A DNA stretch of 64,000 nucleotides from the NCBI GenBank assembly GCA_963555985.3, contig OY820591.1, positions 1,408,001 to 1,472,000 on the forward strand, read 5' to 3'. Source of the stretch: Dehalococcoidia bacterium (GTDB lineage: Bacteria; Chloroflexota; Dehalococcoidia; Bin125). The notes beneath the pieces were generated by a model. It was not told the origin of the DNA, made no database searches, and was given only the letters and a program-made list of their open reading frames with translations. Below are positions 31,597 through 41,361 of this stretch, piece by piece. Position 1 is the first letter of the stretch. Each line of letters opens with the position of its first letter. Made by a program: the position numbers and the translations under genes.

Positions 31597-32379
31597 TTAA
31601 TGGTCTGCTGATTCAGGTTCGCTCGTGTCCTGCTCAAGGCCGGCAGTGCGGCGCAAGAGTCGGACTTCTCGGCGCGTGAGCGGGCGAACCTCTCCGACTT
31701 TCAAATCGTGCAAGAGGATCGGCCCGAAGCGCACGCGCCGTAGGCTGATCAGAGGATGCCCAACGGCTTCACAGAGACGGCGCAACTCGCGCTTACGCCC
31801 GGTGTGCAGGGTCAAGCTGAGCCATGATGTGCGCCGACCGCGCGGTAGCACTTGGCCCGGGCGCTTCGAGCGTTTCGCTCTTGCTCGCAGTAATTCTCCG
31901 TTTTCGACGATTCCGGCGTAGACGCGATCCAGCGTCCGACCGGTCGGCGTACCGATCACCTCGGCTAGGTAAACGCGCTGCACTTCTTGAGATGGATGGA
32001 GCAAGCCGGCGATGAGCGGCCCGTCATTCGTCAGCAACAGCAGTCCTTCGGATTCGAGATCGAGCCGCCCAACCGGCACGCAGCGCCCGGCGTTCGATGG
32101 AAGGAAATCCACGACGCTTCGCCGGCCACGGTCGTCGCGGGCTGTTGAGACGACGCCGCGGGGCTTGTTGAGCGCGAAGTACCGCAGTGGTTCTGCCAGG
32201 GGAAGATCGCAGCCATCGAGTTGGAGGCCAGCAGCGTTGGAATCGATGCGGAGGGCCAGATCGGTGAGCGTTCGCCCGTCAAGAGAGATTCGGCCATCGC
32301 GGATCAGCTGCTCCGCTGCACGGCGCGAGCCGACGCCGCGACGTGCAAGAACAACGGCGATGCGAACCGCTTCATTCAT
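31597..32379 (-). CDS. rluB: rRNA pseudouridine synthase, RluB/RsuA family
   Basis: S4 domain GVGSRRAAE, LNKPRGVVST, PVGRLDLESEGLLLLTNDG. Confidence 0.88.
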   Translation of the reverse strand: MNEAVRIAVVLARRGVGSRRAAEQLIRDGRISLDGRTLTDLALRIDSNAAGLQLDGCDLPLAEPLRYFALNKPRGVVSTARDDRGRRSVVDFLPSNAGRCVPVGRLDLESEGLLLLTNDGPLIAGLLHPSQEVQRVYLAEVIGTPTGRTLDRVYAGIVENGELLRARAKRSKRPGQVLPRGRRTSWLSLTLHTGRKRELRRLCEAVGHPLISLRRVRFGPILLHDLKVGEVRPLTRREVRLLRRTAGLEQDTSEPESADH

Positions 32380-35054
32380 TGAGAAGACTCGTCTTCGTCC
32401 ACTGGTCGTGCGCCGTCCTGCTCAAGCTGCGGCGAACTGAACGCAGTTGTCTCCGCTTCTAGTGTGTTCGATGCGCTTGGCTCTGCTGGACGCCAGCGGA
32501 GCAACAGTAGGACAAGAATTACTCCACTGAGGCCTGCGGAGACGATCATCCAGGGGTTGAGAGCATCGGCGGGAACGTCAGCGGCTTTGAACACGGGCAC
32601 TCCTTCCTGCGCGTGACTGTCCTGAGTGGGCGCTGGAGCGAGCGTATCGGCAAGCCACGGTTCGACAGCGGCATCTCCCGGCGTCGGTTTGGCATTGACG
32701 ACCCAGATCGGCAGTTGGAGTGCGATTGAGAGCCCACGCGCAGGCGCTGGGATTTCGTCTGATCCATAGATGACCGAATCGATTACGACGCCGTGCGAGT
32801 CTCGCAAGATGACCGTGTCGCCCTCATCGTTGAGGCTGTTGCCGATTCGTCTCAGCGAAAGTGTGGCGCTGCCATCAGTCAGATCCGGCATCGCGCCAGC
32901 CGAGATGATCATTCGCTCACCGGGACCGAGTTCCCCGTGTATCTCCGTAGAAGAATGCTCATCGGCGATCGTCCAGCGGTTCAGAGCAATGGGTATGTCG
33001 CCGAAGTTCTCGATTTCGATCCATTCCGGGTCGCCGACATTCGGGGAAGGCATGATCTCGGTGATTCGGACAGTCGCCGGTGAGCGCGAAGGCATGATCG
33101 GCTCTTCAGTTTCCATGCTGAGAGTCCTATCTGCGTTGTCCGGCTGCTCCGGGATCGCCGGTTCTTTGCTCGGTGTTTCCGGCTGAATCATTTCTTGGCG
33201 ATCTGTCTGATGCTCGATCACCGTTCCGGGACTCGGCGGGGCGAGGAGTGGATTCCCATTCGGCGAGGCTCGATTGATGGAGGCTTGAGGCGTTGGCGCT
33301 TCTATCGTGGCGTGGGTTTGGTCGGAGCCCCAGCTCACGGAATCCACGATTTCGCCTAGGGCGTTTTTGAGAACAAGCCGGTCGCCGCCGTTTGCGAGGC
33401 CGTTGCCGATCCGACCGTCGGCAATCATCGCATCTGCCTCTGGAACCTGCGCATTCTGCGCTGCGATGACGATGGTGCCCTCGGGGGGAATGACGATACC
33501 GTCCAGCGCGTCGGAGCCATGGTTGTCGGTGATTGTCCAACCGTCCAAGTTGACCGGCTCCTGGCCTCGGTTGGTCAGTTCGAACCACTCGAACGCGGCG
33601 TCGTTTCGTCCCATCCCTGCGGCTGGGTAGACCTCGCTGATCCACACCTCCGGCTCCGAGCTCTCCTGATGGCGCCGCGGTTCGGTCTGTAATGGTCGAT
33701 TGATCTCAACTGCATCGGCGGCTGCGCCTGCTGACGGCGGAAGCGGGATAGTCTGCGCGACAGACCCGTCAGGTCGCAGCAGGCGCAGCGGTGCCCATGT
33801 TCCTGCTTTTGGGTTCAAATGTATGGCGTGGCGCGGCGACTGTTCGCTTCCGGTGACTGGTATTGCCTCCTCACCGATCCACAGCAACCAGTTGGACAAA
33901 TCGAGTTGATCTCGTGCGTCGCTCGTTAGTGTGATTTGCAGACCGGTGCGGCTGAGTGCGACTGAGGTGATTCGTAGCGGGGTTGCGCTCTGCCAGTCCG
34001 AGGGTTCCGGCGGTCGTACCCGATCAGTTTCTCGGAAATGCAGGATCTCGCCGTTCTGCGGCGCCGTGAGTTGATGAAACCGGTCGTCGGAGCCCCAGCT
34101 GGCGGTTGCGAGCCAGCGGAGATTCGGATCGCGCACGATGAGATGTCCGCCAGCCCTGGAGAGGCCGCCACCAATTGCTCCGTCAGAGTCGGGAAGGGCG
34201 ATCACATCATCGACATACTGCATGGAATTGGGTGGTGGTCGATTCCGATTGACTGCCGAAGTGATCATCAGCGTTTCTCCGGGTTTGAGCAGATGAGAAG
34301 GGAGCGTGATCCGCGACGCGGCTGTACTCAGGGTCCAGTTGACCATCACGAGCCGCTCGTCTGAGACGTTCTGCAGCGTGATCCACTCACCTGCTTCACC
34401 GACATCAATCGGCGCGACGAGCGCTGCCTTGATTCGAACTACAGAGTTCGGCGGATTTTGAACCGGCGACAGTGGGCGCGGGCGCATCTGTCCGCGCGGA
34501 TCGGCGGCATATGGGGTGGGTGGGCTTGCTCGCCCCTGTAAGCCCCGATGGTCACGAATGATGCTCTCGTTGGGTTCCGGCGCGTCGAAGTGATAGGGGC
34601 GATAACGGTCGCCCCAGCTGATCATGTCTCGAGTGATGCCCTTTGGGTCAACTAGCGCGACCAGATCCCCATCGTTTCGCAGTCCGCTGCCGATACGCGG
34701 GGTCTCCAGGATGACGAGTGTCGCGCCTAGTGGAGCGACGTGAGCGCTCGTGTGGCCAACGAGCAAGGAAAAGCTCCCGGGCTCGAGTGTGATTGTGGGG
34801 AGCGGGACGGAGATCGTGTCGTCTTCGATGCTCCAGCCTTGAAGATTGATTGGCTCGTTGCTGATGTTTTGAATTTCTACCCACTCGTGTCGATGATCGT
34901 TTGAGCCTTGGCCGGCATTTGGCAGGACCTCGCTAATCATCAGTGGGGTTGATTCGGGTTCGGCACCGGCTGTGGCAGGGATCAAGAACAGCAGAAGGGT
35001 GAGAGTTACGGTTGCGCGGAGGGTGCGGTTAACAGCTGCATTAGGACTGAACAC
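32376..35054 (-). CDS. Secreted, C-terminally anchored protein with about five lamin-tail domains
   Basis: Signal-peptide-like TLTLLLFLIPATAGA; repeats ISEV.P..EW.E..N...P.NL.GW.I.D; C-terminal TM WMIVSAGLSGVILVLLLLRWR; start uncertain (GTG 35054 or TTG 35087). Confidence 0.8.
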   Translation of the reverse strand: MFSPNAAVNRTLRATVTLTLLLFLIPATAGAEPESTPLMISEVLPNAGQGSNDHRHEWVEIQNISNEPINLQGWSIEDDTISVPLPTITLEPGSFSLLVGHTSAHVAPLGATLVILETPRIGSGLRNDGDLVALVDPKGITRDMISWGDRYRPYHFDAPEPNESIIRDHRGLQGRASPPTPYAADPRGQMRPRPLSPVQNPPNSVVRIKAALVAPIDVGEAGEWITLQNVSDERLVMVNWTLSTAASRITLPSHLLKPGETLMITSAVNRNRPPPNSMQYVDDVIALPDSDGAIGGGLSRAGGHLIVRDPNLRWLATASWGSDDRFHQLTAPQNGEILHFRETDRVRPPEPSDWQSATPLRITSVALSRTGLQITLTSDARDQLDLSNWLLWIGEEAIPVTGSEQSPRHAIHLNPKAGTWAPLRLLRPDGSVAQTIPLPPSAGAAADAVEINRPLQTEPRRHQESSEPEVWISEVYPAAGMGRNDAAFEWFELTNRGQEPVNLDGWTITDNHGSDALDGIVIPPEGTIVIAAQNAQVPEADAMIADGRIGNGLANGGDRLVLKNALGEIVDSVSWGSDQTHATIEAPTPQASINRASPNGNPLLAPPSPGTVIEHQTDRQEMIQPETPSKEPAIPEQPDNADRTLSMETEEPIMPSRSPATVRITEIMPSPNVGDPEWIEIENFGDIPIALNRWTIADEHSSTEIHGELGPGERMIISAGAMPDLTDGSATLSLRRIGNSLNDEGDTVILRDSHGVVIDSVIYGSDEIPAPARGLSIALQLPIWVVNAKPTPGDAAVEPWLADTLAPAPTQDSHAQEGVPVFKAADVPADALNPWMIVSAGLSGVILVLLLLRWRPAEPSASNTLEAETTAFSSPQLEQDGARPVDEDESSQ

Positions 35055-35436
35055 TGATCCGCTGACGGATCGTGATGTGCTCTTCAACCAGAATCGTCCG
35101 CGTAGCTGAGCTTCGCTTCGGCTTGATTAGTTCGCGAGCGGTGTCGGCAATCTTGTCGGCCAACATCGGCGCCGCGTGCCGCGCCGCCCAGTCAGCGAGC
35201 GCGGCTGTCGCGATCACTGAGGCCGCACTCCGGAGTACAGGCAGAAAGGGCGCAAGGTCTGCGCGAACCGCAGGCAGCAGGGTCGCCGGGGTGGCCGAGG
35301 TCGGTCGATTCGAGATGGCAGTGGCGGAGATCGGTCTGGATTCAGACATCTTCGGAAGCACGCCTCCGCAGCGGGCGCAATAGTTGTCCTCAGCAGCGAT
35401 GGGGAGGTCGCACCACGGGCACTCGAGCTCGGACAT
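35041..35436 (-). CDS. Hypothetical protein with N-terminal zinc ribbon
   Basis: CPWC..CARC, 131 aa, preceded by TATACT 6 nt upstream of ATG. Confidence 0.7.
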   Translation of the reverse strand: MSELECPWCDLPIAAEDNYCARCGGVLPKMSESRPISATAISNRPTSATPATLLPAVRADLAPFLPVLRSAASVIATAALADWAARHAAPMLADKIADTARELIKPKRSSATRTILVEEHITIRQRISVQS

Positions 35437-35502
35437 ACCCGCAGTATATGGCGAAGAAATCCGCTCATGAGCAGTGCCAACTCACGCTGCTCCTGTACAT
35501 AA

Positions 35503-36297
35503 TCAACCTGGGCTTGCGTCAGCCTGCTCACGTAATCGGCGTTCAACGCGATCTGTGATCTCTATGCCGTGCCCACTCGCGGCAGGTGCCGGAATCGGAG
35601 CGCCAGCTGCAATGGTCCGAAGCGAGTCGAGGATGAATAGAGATTCTCGTGCCACGCCTGCGTTTCGGATGGCTTGGAATAGTGGCGTCTCTTCATCCCT
35701 CTGGTCACCGTATTCCGCCCAGAGCGAGTCGAAGTCGGGCCCCACGATGGGGTACTGGCACCAGGTGACGGTGGGGCCGCGATCGAGCTTGGTCGTGACT
35801 CGCTGGAGCAACATGCCTGAGCGCTCTGCGCTATCGGCGATGAGTTGGTGGATGACCGATTGCCATGTGCCGATTGGGCCGCCAGGAAGCGCGGGATGGA
35901 GGTTCAGCATCGGCAGTGAGTCGCAGAGTGCGTCGGTTACTACGAGCATGTAGCCCGCGAGCATTGCGATGTCGGGCGCGTAGGCGTCAATCTGTTGGCG
36001 GATCCAACTGTCGTAATCGCGTCTCCAGGGAGCGAGTTCGCCGCTCGGATCGGAGATTGCGCCGCGAACGGCGCGGCGCCACGCTCCGGAACTGCGGGAG
36101 ATCAGTGGAATTCCTGCGGCGTTGACGCTGTCGAGAAAAGCGTCGGTGTTGCGAGACTGTCCGCGCTCGCGATTGCAGACAACGCAAGTGATCTCGGCGT
36201 CGAGTCGATCTTCTCGGATCGCGTCCAGCGCTGCATTGAGCAGCAGGCGGGAACTTTGTCCTTTAGCGGAGGCGAACCAGGCGATACGAATGGTCAT
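35503..36297 (-). CDS. purN: Phosphoribosylglycinamide formyltransferase-like protein (divergent, long)
   Basis: VVCNRERG, MLAGYMLV, LNLHPALP, KLDRGP (N/H/D triad). Confidence 0.75.
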   Translation of the reverse strand: MTIRIAWFASAKGQSSRLLLNAALDAIREDRLDAEITCVVCNRERGQSRNTDAFLDSVNAAGIPLISRSSGAWRRAVRGAISDPSGELAPWRRDYDSWIRQQIDAYAPDIAMLAGYMLVVTDALCDSLPMLNLHPALPGGPIGTWQSVIHQLIADSAERSGMLLQRVTTKLDRGPTVTWCQYPIVGPDFDSLWAEYGDQRDEETPLFQAIRNAGVARESLFILDSLRTIAAGAPIPAPAASGHGIEITDRVERRLREQADASPG

Positions 36298-36509
36298 CAG
36301 CCACCGTCTTCACGCAGCGTTTCGATCCGGAGCTCAGCCTCGTCAAGCAGCTGGTGAGCGCGGGCGCTGAGCGCGGCGCCGCGTTCGTAAGCGACCAGGG
36401 CGTCGGCGAGCGAAAGTCCACCGTCTTCAAGCTGAGCGAGTGTCAGTTCGAGGTCGTTGACAATCGTCTCATATGGCTGGTCCGGGTCGATTTGCGGTAA
36501 GTCGCTCAT
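36297..36509 (-). CDS. xseB: Exodeoxyribonuclease VII small subunit
   Basis: YETIVNDLE..LEDGGLSLADALVAYERG..LDEAELRI; follows xseA. Confidence 0.93.
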   Translation of the reverse strand: MSDLPQIDPDQPYETIVNDLELTLAQLEDGGLSLADALVAYERGAALSARAHQLLDEAELRIETLREDGG

Positions 36510-37834
36510 GAATTCTGCTCCGTTGACAGGGATTGGATTTTGGTCGCGGTGGCTTGAATCAAGCCATCTTCGAGCTGTACCGATAGCGCGTCGCCGGGAG
36601 AGACATCCCTGATGGAGGTCACGACTTGCCCTGTGCGTCCTGCAACGATGGCGTAGCCGCGGGAGATTGTGGCGCGTGGGTTGAGGGCGGCCAATTTCGC
36701 ATCGGCTGTGCCGAGCGATGCTCGGTTTCGGCTGAGCGTCAGCTGGACCGCTCGCTCGAATTCGTGCTCGCGACGGTGCAGTGAGACTCGCATTTCGGCC
36801 GGGTTGGGCGCGGCGCGGTGAAGAAGATCGAGGCTGGCGTCGAGTGATTGACGGCAGCTGATCAAGCGTAGTTCGACGGTCTGATCGATCGCGGCTCGCA
36901 GGCCGCGCACTCGCGCGGCTTCCTCTGCACGGTCAGGGGCGACCAGTTCCGCAGCGGCCGACGGCGTTGGGGCGCGTACATCGGCGACATGATCGGCGAT
37001 GGAGACGTCCGTCTCGTGACCCACTGCGCTGATGATCGGGATAGCCGAAGCGAAGATGGCGCGGGCGACCGGCTCCTCGTTGTAGGCCCAGAGATCTTCG
37101 GGCGAGCCGCCTCCGCGTCCCACGATGATCACGTCCGGCTCGTCCTCGGCGGTCAACAGGTTGAGCGCTTCGATTCCCGCGGAGATTGAGTCGGCTGCAC
37201 CCTCGCCTTGTGTCAGGCACGGACTGAGGAGTAGGGAGGCGAGCGGCCAGCGCCGCGCCAATACTTGCCGAATGTCGTGCCAGACTGCGCCCGATGGCGA
37301 GGTCACGACGCCGATTCGCCGCGGGTAGCGGGGGAGGGGGCGTTTGCGTTCGGGCGCGAATAAACCCTCAGCCTCGAGGTTGCGGAAGAGGCGTTCGTAC
37401 TCAGCTTGGAGGACGCCGTCGCCGATCGGCTGCACGGCGTCGACATTGATCTGGAGCGAGCCCCGTGGCAGATAGAGACCGGCTTGTCCGTGGACGAGGA
37501 CTTGAGCGCCCTGCTCGATCCGGACGCCCCGATTGCGACCGGCGAAGAACACGCAGGCCAGAATGCCGTCCTCATCGGCAAGATCGAAGTAGATGTGACC
37601 GCGTCCGGAACGGGTGAAGTTACGGACTTCGCCTTCGAGCCAGACATCGTTGAGGAGGGGATCGTTCTGTAGCTGTTGGTGAATGTGCGCGGCGATGCGG
37701 CCGACCGGGTGCGACTGCGGGGCAGCCGGGGGCGGAGTGATCTGTTCCGGTTCGTCGTCCCACTCGATCCGGCGCTGGGTCTTGCCGGCGGCGGCGCGGC
37801 GCGCGTGGAATCCGGTTGGGGGGCGTCGGGGCAT
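36506..37834 (-). CDS. xseA: Exodeoxyribonuclease VII large subunit
   Basis: VWLEGEVRNF..GHIYF, IGVVTSPSGA, GRGGGSPEDLWAYN, SAVGHETD, RAPTPSAAAE. Confidence 0.96.
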   Translation of the reverse strand: MPRRPPTGFHARRAAAGKTQRRIEWDDEPEQITPPPAAPQSHPVGRIAAHIHQQLQNDPLLNDVWLEGEVRNFTRSGRGHIYFDLADEDGILACVFFAGRNRGVRIEQGAQVLVHGQAGLYLPRGSLQINVDAVQPIGDGVLQAEYERLFRNLEAEGLFAPERKRPLPRYPRRIGVVTSPSGAVWHDIRQVLARRWPLASLLLSPCLTQGEGAADSISAGIEALNLLTAEDEPDVIIVGRGGGSPEDLWAYNEEPVARAIFASAIPIISAVGHETDVSIADHVADVRAPTPSAAAELVAPDRAEEAARVRGLRAAIDQTVELRLISCRQSLDASLDLLHRAAPNPAEMRVSLHRREHEFERAVQLTLSRNRASLGTADAKLAALNPRATISRGYAIVAGRTGQVVTSIRDVSPGDALSVQLEDGLIQATATKIQSLSTEQNS

Positions 37835-37871
37835 TCGTCACCCCTGTCGTTGCATGGGCGTGCGCAGAGCG

Positions 37872-38429
37872 TCAGGCGCGTTCCAGGTACTGACCGCTGC
37901 GAGTGTCAACCTTGATCGTGTCGCCCGGGCCGACGAAGAGCGGGACGTTGACGACGAGTCCGGTTTCGAGCGTCGCCGGCTTGGTGGCACCGGTGGCGGT
38001 GTCGCCTTTCACGCCCGGATCAGACTCGGACACGACGAGCGGCACGGCGGCGGGCAGTTCGACGGCCACAGGACTCTCGCCAACGATGAGTACCTCGACT
38101 TCGGCGTTTTCGGCGAGGTAGTCGAGCGCGTTCCCGACGAGATCAGCGGACAGCGGCTCCTGCTCGTAGGACTCCGTATTCATGAAGTAGAGCAGGTCGC
38201 CGTCTCGATAGAGATACTGCATCGTCTGGTGCTCGGTGCGGATGCGGCGAAACTTGGTGCCAGCCTGGAACGTGCGCTCAACGGTGTGTCCGCCGCGAAT
38301 ATCGCGGAGCTTGAGACGGGCCTGGGCAGAGCCGCGGCCTACCTTGATGTGCTCCCAGTCGACGATCTGGTACTCGTTGCCGTCGAGTTCGATCACAAAA
38401 CCGCGTTTGAGGTCGCCGGTGGAGATCAT
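37872..38429 (-). CDS. efp: Translation elongation factor P
   Basis: HIKVGRGSAQARLKLRDI, MQYLY, PGVKGDTATGATKPATLETG, VPLFV. Confidence 0.96.
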   Translation of the reverse strand: MISTGDLKRGFVIELDGNEYQIVDWEHIKVGRGSAQARLKLRDIRGGHTVERTFQAGTKFRRIRTEHQTMQYLYRDGDLLYFMNTESYEQEPLSADLVGNALDYLAENAEVEVLIVGESPVAVELPAAVPLVVSESDPGVKGDTATGATKPATLETGLVVNVPLFVGPGDTIKVDTRSGQYLERA

Positions 38430-39541
38430 GTGCGTTCGCCCATCTGCTCAATCATGCGGAGTTTGGGGGTAGCGGTGAACGAATGGAATCCGTCGGCTTC
38501 GAGTACGCCCATATCTTCAATGCGGACGCCGCCCCAATCGGGCAAGTAGATGCCGGGTTCGATCGTAATCACCATACCCTCGGCGAGTTCGTCTTTCGAT
38601 GTGGCGCCGAGATGCGGGTACTCGTGAATTTGCAACCCGACGCCGTGGCCAAGGCCGTGACCGAAGTACTCGCCGTAGCCAGCGTCGTTGATTACTTGCT
38701 GGGCAAGCTGATGGGCGTCGGACGCTTTCATGCCGGGCTCGACCATCTGCGCCGCCGTCTCGTGGGCGGCTAGCACGATGTCATAGATGTGGGGGAACCG
38801 CTGGTCGACGCCGCCGAGCGAAATGGTCCGGGTCATGTCGGCACAGTAGCCGTTGAGACGCGCGCCCATGTCGATCACAATCGGCTCGCGCTCACTGATG
38901 ACGTTGTCGCGGGGACGGGCGTGCGGACGGGCACCATGAGGACCAGCGGCGACGATGGAGTCGAAGGCCATAGCGTCGGCTCCGTGCGTCCGCGCATATT
39001 GTTCAAGCTCCCAGGCCACTCGCTGTTCACTCCAAGCTGGTTCGATTCGGCTTGTGACGTCGGCGAATGCTTGGTCGGTGAGGCGGGCCGCTTCTCGCAG
39101 GAGCTTCTGCTCGCGGGCGTCTTTGATTGCGCGCACCGGCTCAATCACGCGCTTGGTTTGGGTGAGCGAGGGGCGCTGACCAGCCGGAAGTTTGGCGGTG
39201 GCATCGCGCAGTTGCTTGTGCATCGCCACAGAGACGTCGTCCGCCTCGAATCCGAGGCGAGCGCGACCGATTGGCTGGACGAGGTCGCCCCACCAGTTCT
39301 CGACCGGGCCGACCATGCGAATGATCTCGAACTCGGGCGATTCTTGCTGTGCCTGATCGAGGTAGCGGAAGTCGGTCGCGAGTTTTGGAGGTTCGCGGTC
39401 GTCGGCCGTGATGACCAGCCAGCCGTTCGAGCCGGTGAATCCACTGACGTAACGACGGTTCGCCTCGCTGGTGACGAGCAGCGCGTTGATCTTTGCAGCT
39501 GCGATTGCTTCGCGGACTCGTTCGAGACGGGAGAGAGTCAT
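38426..39541 (-). CDS. Xaa-Pro aminopeptidase/dipeptidase (M24B)
   Basis: TDFRY, IDMGA..GYCADMTRT, FGHGLGHGVGLQIHE, TIEPGIY, GVRIED. Confidence 0.93.
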   Translation of the reverse strand: MTLSRLERVREAIAAAKINALLVTSEANRRYVSGFTGSNGWLVITADDREPPKLATDFRYLDQAQQESPEFEIIRMVGPVENWWGDLVQPIGRARLGFEADDVSVAMHKQLRDATAKLPAGQRPSLTQTKRVIEPVRAIKDAREQKLLREAARLTDQAFADVTSRIEPAWSEQRVAWELEQYARTHGADAMAFDSIVAAGPHGARPHARPRDNVISEREPIVIDMGARLNGYCADMTRTISLGGVDQRFPHIYDIVLAAHETAAQMVEPGMKASDAHQLAQQVINDAGYGEYFGHGLGHGVGLQIHEYPHLGATSKDELAEGMVITIEPGIYLPDWGGVRIEDMGVLEADGFHSFTATPKLRMIEQMGERT

Positions 39542-39999
39542 TCGGCACGTTCTGACTGGCGTGAGGCGCGCTCCTGGAGCATCGGCACCAGTGCATCAAG
39601 GGCAGCAAGGTAGCCGCGCCAGCCGAGGCCGGCGACGACGCCGTCCATGACCGGGGCGGTCACGAGGTTGTGCCGAAACGACTCGCGGGCGTGGACGTTT
39701 GAGAGATGCACTTCCATTTTGCCGCCGGGAAACGCTTCAAGGGCGTCGCGCAGCGAATATCCGTAGTGGGAGAGCGCGCCCGGGTTGATGATCAGGCCTT
39801 CGGCTGAGCGCTCCTGCTGGATGAAGTCGATGATCGCCCCTTCGTGGTTCGATTGGTACGGGCGGATCGTCACACCCCATTCCTCGGCGCGCTTGCGCAC
39901 GAGCTCTTCGATCTCGGCGAGTGTCTGCGAACCGTAGATTTCGGGTTGGCGCTGACCGAGAATGTTGAGGTTTGGGCCAGCGATCAGCAGGACCTTCAT
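39538..39999 (-). CDS. aroQ: Type II 3-dehydroquinate dehydratase
   Basis: GPNLNILGQRQPEIYG, QSNHEGAIID, INPGALSH, EVHLSNVHARE. Confidence 0.96.
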   Translation of the reverse strand: MKVLLIAGPNLNILGQRQPEIYGSQTLAEIEELVRKRAEEWGVTIRPYQSNHEGAIIDFIQQERSAEGLIINPGALSHYGYSLRDALEAFPGGKMEVHLSNVHARESFRHNLVTAPVMDGVVAGLGWRGYLAALDALVPMLQERASRQSERAE

Positions 40000-41000
40000 G
40001 GGGAATGCTCAGCTCGCGTCGGGGGTAGCGTCTGTTTGCTCAGGTGCATCTCGTCGGATTCGGAGCGGCGCTCGCGCAGCAGGTCTGCGATGCCGTCAAG
40101 CGCGTGATCAATGGTTTCGCGGCGTGCGGCATCGCTCACATGAGTGTAGATCTGCGTCGTGCTGACGCTGGCGTGACCCAGTAATTCCTGCACCACGCGC
40201 AGGTCCGCGCCTCCATCGATCATATGCGTGGCGAACGAGTGTCGCAACAGATGCGGGTGTACCGAAGCGGGCAGTCCGGCTTGCGCGGCGTAGCGCCGAA
40301 TGCCGAGTTGCACGGCGCGGGCCGAGAGCCGCCCGCCGAATCGATTGAGCCAGAGCCAGTCTTTCGATTGATCCGATACGAGCACGGGCCGGCCATCCAG
40401 CAGGTACTGTCGTAGCCGCCGCTCTGCCGGCTCTCCGAGCAGCGCGACCCGCTCTTTACCTCCCTTGCCGCGCACGATGAAGCCGTTTGCGTCGCGGTCG
40501 TAGTCGCCAAGCCGCATGTCGATTAGCTCGCTGATGCGCAGTCCTGCTCCGTAGAGGACTTCCAGAAGTGCGCCGTCTCTGAGCCCGGAGGGCGAGCGCG
40601 CATCCGGAGCCTGGAGGAGCGCATCGATCTGCTCTTCGCTCAGATATGCAGGTAGGTGCGCAGTCGCTTGCGGAATTGCGGCGAGGCTGAGCGGATCGGA
40701 ATCGAGGTTGCCTGCTTGGGTGAGCTGGCGCGTGAATGACTTAAGCGTTGACGCTCGCCGCCGGATGGAGCCGTCGGCCATGCCTGAAGTGCGCAGTTCG
40801 GCGAGGTAGGCGCGGTAATCGGCGCGGGTGAGGTCTGGGAGCGAGGTATCTTGTTGGGCGAGCCAGCGCAGGAAGTGGCGGATGTCGTTGCGGTAGTTGC
40901 GGACGGTGTGCGGCGACAGCCCGCGTCCATCGCGGAGGCGGGTGAGATAGCGCTCGAGCGATGCTTCGTCGGCTCGGTGGATATCGGCGAGGGCGTTCAC
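39996..41000 (-). CDS. xerC: Tyrosine recombinase, XerC/XerD family
   Basis: LSPHTVRNY, GLRISEL, GKGGKER, HPHLLRHSFATH, LLGHASVSTTQIYTHV; complete catalytic set; dprA-topA-xer synteny. Confidence 0.88.
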   Translation of the reverse strand: MNALADIHRADEASLERYLTRLRDGRGLSPHTVRNYRNDIRHFLRWLAQQDTSLPDLTRADYRAYLAELRTSGMADGSIRRRASTLKSFTRQLTQAGNLDSDPLSLAAIPQATAHLPAYLSEEQIDALLQAPDARSPSGLRDGALLEVLYGAGLRISELIDMRLGDYDRDANGFIVRGKGGKERVALLGEPAERRLRQYLLDGRPVLVSDQSKDWLWLNRFGGRLSARAVQLGIRRYAAQAGLPASVHPHLLRHSFATHMIDGGADLRVVQELLGHASVSTTQIYTHVSDAARRETIDHALDGIADLLRERRSESDEMHLSKQTLPPTRAEHSP

Positions 41001-41194
41001 GGCAATGACTTCATGCGACTCCTGGCGGTTGTCAATTCCACTCTAGAGAGCATTCGGATCGAGGGGGACTTTGCGGGTACTTGGAGGAGGGAGTGTTCGA
41101 GGTAGCGCGGGTGTCCGGGTTGGAGCGTTGGAAGGAATTTTGGGTCCGGTGCAGCGAATTTGCCGCCGAGGTGGAGGAATTTGCAGGTGGGTAG

Positions 41195-41245
41195 TCCAGA
41201 TTTGTCCCGATTCGGCTGGATTCGGCTGGATTTTGAGGATGTTTT
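41195..41245 (-). repeat. 10-bp-period tandem direct repeat
   Basis: GATT at 41199, 41209, 41219, 41229; minus strand AAAATCCAGC CGAATCCAGC CGAATCGGGA CAAATCTGGA. Confidence 0.75.
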
Positions 41246-41347
41246 GGGCGGAATTGGGGTGTGAGTCCGGGTTTGTCTTGATTTGCTCTGGTGGTCACGG
41301 TGGGTTTCGTTGGTTGTGGTTCGGGTGTGGACTGAGATGATCATATA

Positions 41348-41361
41348 TGTACGGGCGTTCT
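41348..41361. promoter_or_regulatory. Putative LexA (SOS) box
   Basis: Minus strand AGAAC-GCCC-GTACA followed by TATATGAT (-10-like TATGAT). Confidence 0.5.

Noticed and set aside
39996-41000. Tyrosine recombinase as a prophage or island integrase
   Set aside because: Xer-type size and motifs, housekeeping synteny, no att repeats, tRNA or phage genes.
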